64,000 bases of DNA from Tagaea sp. CACIAM 22H2. GTDB taxonomy: Bacteria; Pseudomonadota; Alphaproteobacteria; CACIAM-22H2. Both the position numbers and the translations under genes were made by a program. Below the pieces are notes generated by a model, which ran no database searches, was not told the DNA's origin, and saw nothing but the letters and a program-made list of their open reading frames with translations. Shown one piece after another: positions 1 through 9,300 of this stretch. Where the stretch lies: contig PVXE01000004.1 in the NCBI GenBank assembly GCA_014444615.1, positions 2,768 through 66,767 of the forward strand, in the 5' to 3' direction. The first letter of the stretch is position 1. Every line of letters starts with the position of its first letter.

Positions 1-2357
1 TCTGCGGCGGTATCTATGGCAAGACCAAGATCACCAAGCGCGGCAGTCCACTTATTCTGCCACTCCGCCAACGCGTTCGTCGCCGCCTCAAAGTTTCGCT
101 GTCGATGCGCAACGAGCTTGCCAGCTTCCACAATATCCTTTTCAAGCTGGGACTTCCTGTCGGCTTCGGCCTCATGAAGCCGCAGCTCTTCCGCCACTCG
201 CTCGACAACGATAGGCAGGCCGTCCAATTCCAGTGCACTCACATCGGCACCCAATGCAGCCAGCTCATTAATCAACTGCTGCCTTGCCAACTGCTCTTCA
301 CCACGAGCAGCCTCCAACACACTGTCGGCTTCATCCCGCGCTTCAATGGCCTCGAGCACCCCGTCGCGGCCTTCTAGCCATTCCAGCATTGTCTCAGGCG
401 CTTCCGGCTCAAACGGTGCCCCAGTCCATAGCGCAGTCCAATCGGCTTTCAGTTGCTTGCCTTCCTCCACCAGTCTCTTCTCGTTGTCCTGCACCTGACC
501 AAGAAGCGTTTCTCGCTCATCGACCTTTCGCTTGATCTCGGCGATGCGGCCGGCAGCTTCGGCATGGTCGAAGCGTCGGTCGGCCAGTTCGTCGGCCCTG
601 ACGACGGCAGGCTCGAAGGCACCTGCTAGATCCTCGATCTCGTGCTTGTACTGTACGGCTTGATCCGGCGGGATCGGCTGCCCCTTGATGTGCTTGAGCT
701 TTACCAGCTGCCACACAACGTCGCGGCGATCACGCGTGTCCTTCAGTTCTTCGGCGCTAACCACCAGCTCATCGCGCATCGCTCGCTCAAGGGCGGCAGC
801 GGCACCGTCCAGCTCCTGCTGAACGGAAGCAACCTGCTGCTGCGTTTCAGTCAGCCTCCGCCGCCAGTCATCCTGCCTTTCACGCTGCGCCTGCACCTTG
901 ACCCGCGCAGGTATATTCATGCCGGTCAGCGCCCCTTCATCGCCAACACTGGGTTCAAGTGAACTAAGCCGCCGGGCGACCCGGCTCCTCGCGCTCTTTA
1001 ACGCCTCTGCCGCAGCGCGCACCCGACCGGCGATGTCACCCTGTTCGCGCACACTCTTCAGTACGACGGTCATCCGTGACGCGTCACCCGGATCACCGGC
1101 CTTGGCAAGCTCATCCTTCAGTCCGGCGTGATCTTCCTTCGCTTCCTCCAATTGCCGTTCCTTGCCGGAAACATCGCCCTCCAACTCACCTTTCTGAATG
1201 AGCAGAGATCGCACGACACTAACCTTTGGCCGCGACGGAATGCGCCCGATTAGCGCGTTTGTGTCGCCATCCCGCCAGTCGAGTTCTGCGGCATCATCTT
1301 TCAACTTGCTTTGCGCAGCTTGAAGCTCAGCCTCACGTTTTGGCAGATCAGCCTTTTCAGCGCGAATCTCGATACGCCGTTCGCAGACTTGGCGAACATC
1401 CGCCGCGCGCTCGATAATCGTCGCGTCATAAGTCAGATTTTCCCGCACTTCTTCGGCGCGCCGAAGCTGTTCCCTCAATGTGCCGATACGCGTGGCCACC
1501 TCAGCATCCTTGCGCTCGGACTCGGCGACAAGCCCGGCCGCGTTCTCGGGCAGAGCGATCACGGCACCGAGCTCACCCAAAAGCATGTCTAGCTCTTGCT
1601 TTCGGCACACATCCCGAAACACCCGCCGAATCCGGCTCAGCCGGTTCCGATTAACTGTCGCTTCGCCGATAGCCTTGTCGATATTGCGATAGGCCTCTTC
1701 AGCATCTTCGTTCGTTTTCTTCAACTCGCTCCACTTTGCGGCGCTGAGCGTCTGCTCACGCAGTTCCCGCTGTGCGACCTCAAGCTTATCTTCGGCAACC
1801 GAGAACCTCCGGTGCTTCGCCCGCCGCCCCGGACTCCACAAGCCATCCGCCTCGGTGGACAGTTGGGTCAACCGCTCCCGCAACCCCCCGATACCGGCAC
1901 CCGCTGAGAACAGCACCTGGCCAACGTCGTCCTTGGCATCCAGGATTTCCCGGCCACCGGCCTCTAGGCGCGTATGGTCAAGGCTGAACATGCGCTCGAA
2001 GAACGCCCGGTCCGCGCCGGCAAGGTAGGGGCGAAGTATCGCCTCCCCTCCGGGAACCGACAAACCTTCCGGTCCCAGCAGCGTGTCCTTGTTACCTTTT
2101 CTCCGCAGCACCTCCAGCACATCGCCGTTGTTCTCCAGAACGGCGCCGATCCTCATGCTGCCGTAATCGTGCAAAAAGCCGTATGGCGTTTGCCCGTAGA
2201 TGCCAAACAAAAGATCCGCGATGGCTGACAGCGCCGTAGACTTACCGGCCTCATTCCGGCCGAAGATGATGTGGAAGTCCGACGTGTCGGCAGGCAACTC
2301 GAGCGCCCGCTCGGTGAAGTGGCCATAGCGCAGCAGATCGAGGCGTCGTATCCGCAT
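1..2357 (-). CDS. SbcC/YhaN-like P-loop ATPase (DNA-repair exonuclease ATPase subunit), 5-prime part only; gene runs off the left window edge
   Basis: Reverse-strand reading from ATG at 2357 stays open to position 1 (not in the ORF track because no in-window stop). N-terminus MRIRRLDLLRYGHFTERALELP...FHIIFGRNEAGKSTALSAIADLLFG carries a Walker A (GRNEAGKST) followed by a long coiled-coil-like, E/R/A/L-rich region typical of SbcC/Rad50/YhaN ATPases. Start overlaps the upstream nuclease stop by 4 bp (ATGA). Confidence 0.6.
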   Translation of the reverse strand, partial: MRIRRLDLLRYGHFTERALELPADTSDFHIIFGRNEAGKSTALSAIADLLFGIYGQTPYGFLHDYGSMRIGAVLENNGDVLEVLRRKGNKDTLLGPEGLSVPGGEAILRPYLAGADRAFFERMFSLDHTRLEAGGREILDAKDDVGQVLFSAGAGIGGLRERLTQLSTEADGLWSPGRRAKHRRFSVAEDKLEVAQRELREQTLSAAKWSELKKTNEDAEEAYRNIDKAIGEATVNRNRLSRIRRVFRDVCRKQELDMLLGELGAVIALPENAAGLVAESERKDAEVATRIGTLREQLRRAEEVRENLTYDATIIERAADVRQVCERRIEIRAEKADLPKREAELQAAQSKLKDDAAELDWRDGDTNALIGRIPSRPKVSVVRSLLIQKGELEGDVSGKERQLEEAKEDHAGLKDELAKAGDPGDASRMTVVLKSVREQGDIAGRVRAAAEALKSARSRVARRLSSLEPSVGDEGALTGMNIPARVKVQAQRERQDDWRRRLTETQQQVASVQQELDGAAAALERAMRDELVVSAEELKDTRDRRDVVWQLVKLKHIKGQPIPPDQAVQYKHEIEDLAGAFEPAVVRADELADRRFDHAEAAGRIAEIKRKVDERETLLGQVQDNEKRLVEEGKQLKADWTALWTGAPFEPEAPETMLEWLEGRDGVLEAIEARDEADSVLEAARGEEQLARQQLINELAALGADVSALELDGLPIVVERVAEELRLHEAEADRKSQLEKDIVEAGKLVAHRQRNFEAATNALAEWQNKWTAALGDLGLAIDTAA

Positions 2358-2359
2358 GC

Positions 2360-3631
2360 TCAATCCTCCTGTGCTGTAAGCCGTGCGGACAGATATGGCG
2401 AGACTTCACCGATCAGCGCGGCGTAATCGCCATCAACGGTAACCTTCAACACGCTATCGCCGATGTCGCCGCGAACCTCGTGGGGCAGCTGGCGCACGAG
2501 CTTGCCGATATCGTCCTTGATTCGCGCCAGTAGGTCTACGTCCCCCGTAGCATCCTGCAACAGGCGCTGTAGCTCACCGATCGCGTCTTCACGCTCGGCC
2601 AGCGTTTTTGCATCGACCTTAGGCTGGGTACGAGCGATCACCTTTTCCACCCATGCGACATCATCACCCAAGCGAAGGGCACCGGCACGGGCTTCGGCCA
2701 GCAGCCGGTCCTCGGAAGCAACAAGCTGACCATGAACAGCGGTCCGACCTTCCAAGACAATACGGCAGGCCAGAAGCCGCCCATCGGCTTCATCGGCAGC
2801 GACTTCCACGGCGGTGCGAATTCGATCGATCACCTCACCTAGGTTCTCGGCACTGTCCACTGGAACCGTCAGAACTGCCCACCGCACCACGTCACAGGGA
2901 ATCGTAGTCAGTTCGACGACGTCACGATTCTCGACGCTAACGAGGCATGCACCTTTGACACCGGTTTCGCGGGCATGGCGGCCCTGAAGATTGCCCGGAA
3001 AGACGACGTGGGGATCTTTGCGCAACACGCTCGCCTGATGGACGTGGCCCAAAGCCCAATAATCGTAGCCCTTGTTGATCAAGTCTTCGATGGCGCATGG
3101 AGCGTAGTTCTGGTGGCCCCCCATGCCGCCGAGACCCGTATGCAGCACACCGATGTTGAAGGCACCGGAAATGGGCGCTGGGTATTCGGGCACAAGATTG
3201 TCCGTAACGTCCCGCTGCCGGAAACTCTGCCCATGCAGCACGACCTGCAACTCGCGCAGTTCAAATGTCTGCGGCTTGCGTGTACCGAATACATGCACGT
3301 TATCGGGCAGTTCGAGCCGACGAGTTATCTGGCTTTCGGCATCATGGTTGCCGTGGAGTAGATAGACCGGGATACCCTCTTTGTTGAGTCGGCCCATCTG
3401 TGCAGCGAAGAACAACCCAGTCTTGTAGTCCCGCCAATCGCCGTCATATAGGTCCCCGGCGATAATGAGAAAATCGACCTTTTCCTCAATGGCCTGTCCG
3501 ACCAGCGTAACAAGCGCCTCGCGAGTCGCGGTCCGTACCCGCGCGGCAGCGTTACCTTCCTGGCTTGCAAGGCCCCGCAACGGGCTGTCGAGATGAATGT
3601 CGGCAGCATGGAGAAACCGAAAAGATGTCAT
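2360..3631 (-). CDS. SbcD/Mre11-family metallophosphoesterase nuclease (YhaO-like)
   Basis: 423-aa ORF with calcineurin-like phosphoesterase motifs in canonical order: FLHAADIHLD (motif I), IIAGDLYD (II), LLHGNHD (III), LGHVH (V). Paired with, and translationally coupled to, the downstream ATPase. Confidence 0.8.
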   Translation of the reverse strand: MTSFRFLHAADIHLDSPLRGLASQEGNAAARVRTATREALVTLVGQAIEEKVDFLIIAGDLYDGDWRDYKTGLFFAAQMGRLNKEGIPVYLLHGNHDAESQITRRLELPDNVHVFGTRKPQTFELRELQVVLHGQSFRQRDVTDNLVPEYPAPISGAFNIGVLHTGLGGMGGHQNYAPCAIEDLINKGYDYWALGHVHQASVLRKDPHVVFPGNLQGRHARETGVKGACLVSVENRDVVELTTIPCDVVRWAVLTVPVDSAENLGEVIDRIRTAVEVAADEADGRLLACRIVLEGRTAVHGQLVASEDRLLAEARAGALRLGDDVAWVEKVIARTQPKVDAKTLAEREDAIGELQRLLQDATGDVDLLARIKDDIGKLVRQLPHEVRGDIGDSVLKVTVDGDYAALIGEVSPYLSARLTAQED

Positions 3632-3639
3632 CGGGATAC

Positions 3640-4095
3640 ATCACCCTTTTGGCCGCTCATTGCCATCCCACAGACGATCCAATCTGCACGTTCAGGATCT
3701 AATTTCTTGGCCTATGAGATTCTGATTCTTGTATTTACAAAGCCATCCACGCGACAAAGCCTAAATCGATTGTCCGGCGAAAATTTTTTGAAATCAAGTT
3801 CTTGCTATCTTATACGACTCACTGTCCCGCCACTGACTTCCCAATTCGAGCATCTTCGCTGGTTTGGTAACTGGATCCCTCAAATAGCGTCCAACACCTG
3901 CATTACTGAGGCTGATGACCGTGGCGGTACAATCGACCAGCGGTTCTCGCTCACTTACATCAGCTGCAGCACGCCAAATTCCGTGTACTGATCGAGCGGG
4001 CTCGGTAGTTCTTAGTGGTATACACAAACACGACCAATAATAGTTAAGATCGCAAGGCTGTGAACTACGGCAGGGCGAGTTTCGTGATTTGAATC
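3640..4095. promoter_or_regulatory. AT-rich divergent intergenic/promoter region between the nuclease-ATPase operon and the Hhe-like gene
   Basis: About 450 bp visibly AT-rich compared with flanking coding DNA; no convincing ORF; lies between two divergently transcribed start codons (3631 minus, 4096 plus). Confidence 0.4.
3809..3827 (+). promoter_or_regulatory. T7-class (single-subunit RNAP) promoter-like motif, speculative
   Basis: cTTATACGACTCACTgtcc versus T7 consensus TAATACGACTCACTATAGGG: 13 of 14 contiguous identities in the recognition/specificity region but the +1 to +3 GGG is absent. About 270 bp upstream of the Hhe-like start, same strand. Confidence 0.15.
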
Positions 4096-7000
4096 TTGTC
4101 CAATTGCCTTGCCATTAACGATTCCCATAAACGCCTAGCGCAGTGCCCTCAAATGGATACGCCCCCATCTGCCACGCTCGATCGAATCCCCTCGTTGCTG
4201 GAGGAGGTTCGGCGGCGTCTTGTCGAGACCGGAACGCGAAACCGCCTCATTCATGTCAATCGCAAGGCCCTTAGGACCAATGCGTTAAACGTCGTGAATG
4301 AGCGATCAGATGACGTGTTTTCGATTCTACGAACCGAGGCACGCAGGATGCGATTCCGGGCTCTCGGCAAAGATCGGACGGAAGATGCGGATGGCCCGAT
4401 CCTAGCCGAGGAAACCGTCAACATCCAAATCGAAGCAAGACACCAGGACACGCTTCTCGATACACTTCTCGGTCCCGACGCCCTCCAGAAGCGCCTTCTC
4501 CGACTGGCAGACGAGGCGAAAGTCGCGGAGAATGAGCAAGGCGTAAATATCCTCTATCTCGCGCTCGGCTTCCTCACTTGGTACGAGGATGAGAAATCGA
4601 CGGTCGCGCGCGAAGCGCCGCTCATCCTCCTTCCGGTCGAGTTGGTGCGAAACGAGCGAGGATCAACGTTCGATATTCGCGCTCGCGACGACGATCTGTT
4701 CACGAACCTGCCACTGCAGGAACGACTAAAAGGCGATTTCGGGATACAGCTCCCGGAAATCGAAGAGAGCGACGCGTGGACGCCAGAAAGCTATTTCGAG
4801 CTTGTCGAGGATTGCATCGGCGAGAAGAAACGCTGGAAGATCGACCATGACGGAATCCAACTCGGATTCTTCTCGTTCGCCAAGTTGCTTATGCTCCGGG
4901 ATCTCGACCCCGCTAACTGGCCGGACGGCGCGCTGACCAAACTCGATATCGTCCGCCGGCTGTTGAAAGACGGCTTCGAGCAAGATGCGCCACTTTTCGG
5001 GCCGGAGGATCGGCTCGACGACAAGCTCGATCCCTGCGACATGCTACACGTCGTCGACGCCGACGCGTCGCAGACAAAAGTAATCGAAGAGGTGCGCAAA
5101 GGGCGCAATCTCGTCGTTCAAGGTCCGCCGGGAACGGGTAAGTCGCAGACCATCACGAACATCATCGCAGCTGCGGTCCACGATGGAAAATCGGTCCTGT
5201 TCATGGCCGAGAAAATGGCGGCGCTCGGGGTGGTCCACAACCGGCTCGTCAAGTCGGGGCTCCGGGACGTCTGCCTCGAGCTCCATTCGCGTAACGCCAA
5301 CAAGAAGCTCGTCCTGCAAGAACTGGCGCGAACGCTCAACGCGGCCGGATCGGTCGCTCAGTTGAACAACGATCCGACACAACTCCGCGAGCTCCGCGCC
5401 CAGCTCAACGAATGCGCCGAATTGCTCCATCGCGATGTGCCAGGTCGCGACTACACACCGTTCGAGGTGATTTCCCGGATTGTGAGCTTCATCGGAAAAG
5501 GCACAAGGCCGCCAACTCTGATACGCGAGGGGTTGGCGAGCCTGACGTCGGACGAAGTGGGGACTCTGGCAAAGACGATCCAAATTTACGTTGATCTGCT
5601 CGCCAAGTCCGGCCCTCGGCACGCACACCCGTTTGCCGGCGCGACCGCCGACGATATGCAGCCGACCGATCAACAGCGCCTCGCACTGGAACTGGATGCC
5701 GCCGCCGCCGCCTTCTCAAAATTCGACGCGACGCTCGCTCGGATCTTAGTGTCCGGTGGTTTGCCGCTGCCTTCGACCGTCGGCGACGCAGACCGTATTG
5801 CGGACCTTCTGGGGCGCCTCTCATCCTTGCCAGCGCGGCTAATGCCCTTGTGCGACGAACTCTTCGACAAGGCGGATGACAAACGCTTGCGCGAAGGGCT
5901 CGCCGCCGGTGCAGCTTGGCGTATGGCACGCGATGCAATCGAGAACATTTTCACCGATGCCGCTTGGACGCTTCCGGCGGCCGCGCTGCGGCCCTCGATC
6001 GCGAAAGGCACGTCCTCGTTCTTCGCTCGTGTGTTCGGCGGCTATCGCAGCGCGTGTGCCCAGCTAGCGAGCGTACTGCGGCAACCGCTTCCCAGGGCGT
6101 CGGGAGAGCGACTTCGACTTGTCGATCGCCTCCTCGAAGTCGAAAAACTGCGGACCGCACTGCGGGACGACGAAGACTATATTAAGACCTCGCTCGCCGA
6201 GCACTGGCGCGGCGAGCGCAGCGAATTCAGCGATCTCCACTTAGTCTTGAATTGGCTCACCGCGAACAAGAAAAGCGGTCTTGTGCTCACACGAGAGATG
6301 CTTACTGCGGTTCTGCGGCTTGCGACAGAATCGGCAAGCCATCGCGACGCGATCATGGCGGCCGCAAAGGACGTACGCGCCGCCGTCACAACGGTTCTCG
6401 ACCGTCTTGCCTTCGAACCGCCGATCGATGGCGATAGTTTCGACATTAAGCAAGTTGCCGCGCGTTTTACCTGCATGCGGCGCGAGCTCGCGCGCTATTC
6501 GGAGTGGACGGCCTTGCGCGGAGCGGTACGCCGCCTCGAACAATCCGAGCTTGGTACGCTCGTCGCGGCGATCGACGCGGGGAAGATCGCGCCTGACGAA
6601 GCCTCTGACGAGTTCCTCTATGCGACCGCTGAGGCGCGTTGGCGCGAAATCCGCAACACGATTCCGGCGTTGGCCGCTCTGCGAGAGACCGATCGCCACG
6701 GACTCGTCGCGCGCTTTCAGACTGCCGAACGCGATCGGATCGCCAGCGTCCAAAAGTTGATTCAGGCGAAGCATCTCGAGCAACTCCCGAGGGGTGCGGC
6801 GGGTGAGATGGCCGTCATCCGAGGCGAAATCGCTAAGAAGCGCTCGCATAAGCCAATCCGTAAGCTCTTCGAAGCGGCCGGTTCGATGGTTCGTCGCATC
6901 AAACCAGTCCTACTGATGAGCCCAATCTCGATTGCTCAATTCCTTCCGCCACAAAGGATCAATTTCGACCTACTCGTGATCGATGAGGCCAGTCAGGTCC

Positions 7001-8847
7001 GCCCAGAGGACGCGCTTGGTGCGGTCGCACGCGCCGCGCAGATCGTCGTCGTCGGCGACCAAAAGCAATTGCCGCCAACAAGCTTCTTTGACCGTCTCAC
7101 GGATGATGCGCCGGATGACGGATCAAGCGAGGAAGAAGAAAATGAGGCCCCCCAAGCGGCGAAAGCGACTGAGATGGAAAGCATCCTGACGCTCTGTGAA
7201 GCGCGGGGGCTCGGATCGCGAATGCTCGAGTGGCATTATCGATCGAGGGATCCTTCACTTATCAGCATCTCGAATGTCGAGTTCTACGAAAATCGTCTTG
7301 TCCTGCCACCCTCGCCGCTCCAGCTCGACAGAAACTATGGGCTTTCTTTCAGACGCGTTCCGGGCGCCTACAGCTCGAAGAGTCGCGGCGGTGGACGACC
7401 TGGGACCAATCGGATCGAAGCCGAGGAGATCACCAAGATGATCGCCGCGCATGCGCGGGACTGGCCAGAGCTTTCGCTTGGCGTTGTGGCTTTCTCGAAG
7501 GCGCAAAGCGACATGCTGAATGAGGCGATCGAAGTCGCGCGCCGCAAGGACGCCGTGCTGGACAGCTTCATTCGAGCGAGCACGGCTGAGGAATTCTTTG
7601 TCAAAAACATCGAAAACGTCCAGGGCGATGAGCGCGATGTGATCCTGATAAGCATCGGCTACGGACCCCACGAGCCCAACGGCCGCCTCGCCTCGATGCA
7701 TTTCGGACCGGTGAACGGCGAGGGTGGCGAGCGGCGACTGAATGTCCTATTCAGCAGGGCCCGTGTGCGGTGCATTGCAGTCGCATCGTTCGATCCGTCA
7801 GAAATTGACCCAAGTCGCGCGTCCCGCAACGGTCCGCGTGTACTCAAAAGGTTTCTCGACTTCGCCATCAGCGGGCACCTCGACGAGCGTATCGCAACGG
7901 GCGATGCTGCCGAAAGCCCATTCGAGGACGATGTTGCAGACGTAATCGTATCGCTCGGCTACTGCGCCGATGCTCAGGTTGGCAGCGCCGGCTTCAGGAT
8001 CGATATCGGCGCGCGCCATCCCGATCGGCCGGGGCAATACATCCTGGCCGTCGAATGCGACGGCGCGACATGGCACGGCGCGCTATGGGCGCGCGAACGC
8101 GATCGTCTACGTCAGGATGTTCTCGAGAATCTCGGGTGGCGCTTCCACCGCATCTGGAGCACCGATTGGTTCCATCGTCGCGATCAGGAAATTGCCCGAT
8201 TGCGCGCGGCGCTCGAATCCGCCAACGCCGAAGGCAAGAAGGGCACGTATGTCCGCGGCGCCAACGACCGGACGGATGTATCGATTGAGGATCAAGTTAC
8301 CGACGGCTCGAACGCATCAGAGGAATCTCCGGTGTCTGCTCTGCCACAGATCGAGGTTCCGGCTTATCGGCGCGCCGAAATCCCTGCACCCATCGGCGGT
8401 GAGCCACACGATGCGCCGATTGAAGTGCTAGCTGAGATGGCATTACGGATCATTGAGATAGAGGGGCCTATCCATACCGATGAGATTGCGCGGCGGGTGG
8501 CGGCTGGGTTTGGAAAGAGCAAGGCAGGAGGACGTATCCAGAAAGCCGCGACCGCGGCGCTCGACAAAGTAAGACGCAAGGGTGGAATCATCGCGTTTCA
8601 GGATTTTTGGATGACGCTATCCCAGCAAGCGTCACCGCCTGTGCGCAACCGTGCTGCCGAGTCCACGCCAACGACGAGAGCGATCCATATTTGTCCGCTG
8701 GAAATTCGCGCAGCTGCAGCCCTCATCTCAAGAGAGAGTGGGAATGTTCAAACGGACGAGATGATCCGATCAGTTGCACGTCTACTTGGATTTCAGCGAG
8801 TTGGCGCCGATCTCCAGGCCCAAATAAGTGACGCACTACAATCGTGA
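4096..8847 (+). CDS. Hhe-like defence protein: DUF4011 N-domain + Upf1/Dna2-like SF1 helicase (AAA_11/AAA_12) + Vsr/DUF559-like endonuclease + DUF3320 C-domain
   Basis: 1583 aa. Walker A VVQGPPGTGKSQT; motif II LLVIDEASQV; LEWHYRSRDPSLISISNVEFYENRL; NVQGDERDVILISIGYG; NVLFSRARVRCIAV (SF1 motifs in order, with the long insertion typical of AAA_11). Then GYCADAQVGSAGFRIDIGARHP...ILAVECDGATWHGALWARERDRLRQDVLENLGWRFHRIWSTDWF (DUF559/Vsr-fold endonuclease signature) and a C-terminal IRIIEIEGPIHTDEIARRV...IAFQDFWMT region resembling DUF3320. Alternative start at 4153 (MDTPPSATLDRIPSLLEEVRRRL). Confidence 0.8.
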   Translation: MSNCLAINDSHKRLAQCPQMDTPPSATLDRIPSLLEEVRRRLVETGTRNRLIHVNRKALRTNALNVVNERSDDVFSILRTEARRMRFRALGKDRTEDADGPILAEETVNIQIEARHQDTLLDTLLGPDALQKRLLRLADEAKVAENEQGVNILYLALGFLTWYEDEKSTVAREAPLILLPVELVRNERGSTFDIRARDDDLFTNLPLQERLKGDFGIQLPEIEESDAWTPESYFELVEDCIGEKKRWKIDHDGIQLGFFSFAKLLMLRDLDPANWPDGALTKLDIVRRLLKDGFEQDAPLFGPEDRLDDKLDPCDMLHVVDADASQTKVIEEVRKGRNLVVQGPPGTGKSQTITNIIAAAVHDGKSVLFMAEKMAALGVVHNRLVKSGLRDVCLELHSRNANKKLVLQELARTLNAAGSVAQLNNDPTQLRELRAQLNECAELLHRDVPGRDYTPFEVISRIVSFIGKGTRPPTLIREGLASLTSDEVGTLAKTIQIYVDLLAKSGPRHAHPFAGATADDMQPTDQQRLALELDAAAAAFSKFDATLARILVSGGLPLPSTVGDADRIADLLGRLSSLPARLMPLCDELFDKADDKRLREGLAAGAAWRMARDAIENIFTDAAWTLPAAALRPSIAKGTSSFFARVFGGYRSACAQLASVLRQPLPRASGERLRLVDRLLEVEKLRTALRDDEDYIKTSLAEHWRGERSEFSDLHLVLNWLTANKKSGLVLTREMLTAVLRLATESASHRDAIMAAAKDVRAAVTTVLDRLAFEPPIDGDSFDIKQVAARFTCMRRELARYSEWTALRGAVRRLEQSELGTLVAAIDAGKIAPDEASDEFLYATAEARWREIRNTIPALAALRETDRHGLVARFQTAERDRIASVQKLIQAKHLEQLPRGAAGEMAVIRGEIAKKRSHKPIRKLFEAAGSMVRRIKPVLLMSPISIAQFLPPQRINFDLLVIDEASQVRPEDALGAVARAAQIVVVGDQKQLPPTSFFDRLTDDAPDDGSSEEEENEAPQAAKATEMESILTLCEARGLGSRMLEWHYRSRDPSLISISNVEFYENRLVLPPSPLQLDRNYGLSFRRVPGAYSSKSRGGGRPGTNRIEAEEITKMIAAHARDWPELSLGVVAFSKAQSDMLNEAIEVARRKDAVLDSFIRASTAEEFFVKNIENVQGDERDVILISIGYGPHEPNGRLASMHFGPVNGEGGERRLNVLFSRARVRCIAVASFDPSEIDPSRASRNGPRVLKRFLDFAISGHLDERIATGDAAESPFEDDVADVIVSLGYCADAQVGSAGFRIDIGARHPDRPGQYILAVECDGATWHGALWARERDRLRQDVLENLGWRFHRIWSTDWFHRRDQEIARLRAALESANAEGKKGTYVRGANDRTDVSIEDQVTDGSNASEESPVSALPQIEVPAYRRAEIPAPIGGEPHDAPIEVLAEMALRIIEIEGPIHTDEIARRVAAGFGKSKAGGRIQKAATAALDKVRRKGGIIAFQDFWMTLSQQASPPVRNRAAESTPTTRAIHICPLEIRAAAALISRESGNVQTDEMIRSVARLLGFQRVGADLQAQISDALQS

Positions 8848-8850
8848 TGG

Positions 8851-9300
8851 CATGCTACGAGCTTTGTAGACACGCGGGTTAGCCAATCGCATCTTGGCCT
8901 CGAACACCATCGGGCTCACGTGGCCGATCGTCGAGTGGCGTCGTCACGGATTGTAGAAACGCTCGATTTAGTCGAACACGTCGTCCCTTGCGTCGTCGCG
9001 CGTCCGATAGTCCTTGCGCCCGATGCGTTCGGTCTTGCACGACGAGAAGAAGCTCTCCATCACCGCGTTATCCCAGACATTGCCCGTCCGGCTCATTGAA
9101 CAGACGATGCCCTGATCAGCGAGCAATCGCTGGAACGCTTCGCTGCCGTACTGGTTGCCGCGATTGGAGTGATTCAGCACCAACCTCAGGCGTCCTCGTC
9201 GTCATATCGCCGTCATCGGCGCGTCGATCAGCCGACCACCCGGCACGAGAACAGGCCGAGGACCACGGCCACGTGCCTCCCATCAGTCCCCATGGGACAG
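8851..9300 (-). pseudogene. IS3-family transposase (OrfB, DDE integrase core C-terminus) remnant, frameshifted
   Basis: Minus-strand ORF 8968-9183 reads LNHSNRGNQYGSEAFQRLLADQGIVCSMSRTGNVWDNAVMESFFSSCKTERIGRKDY.TRDDARDDVFD; other frames continue with YIERFYNP and RRHSTIGHVSPMVFEAKMRLANP, the canonical IS3 OrfB C-terminus broken by at least two frameshifts/stops. No intact OrfA/OrfB upstream. Left boundary approximate. Confidence 0.65.

Noticed and set aside
4181-4200. 10-bp match (tcgaatcccc) to the tRNA-Glu T-arm, a candidate distal att repeat
   Set aside because: It lies inside the Hhe-like coding sequence (LDRIPSLL) and is too short. It is most likely chance.
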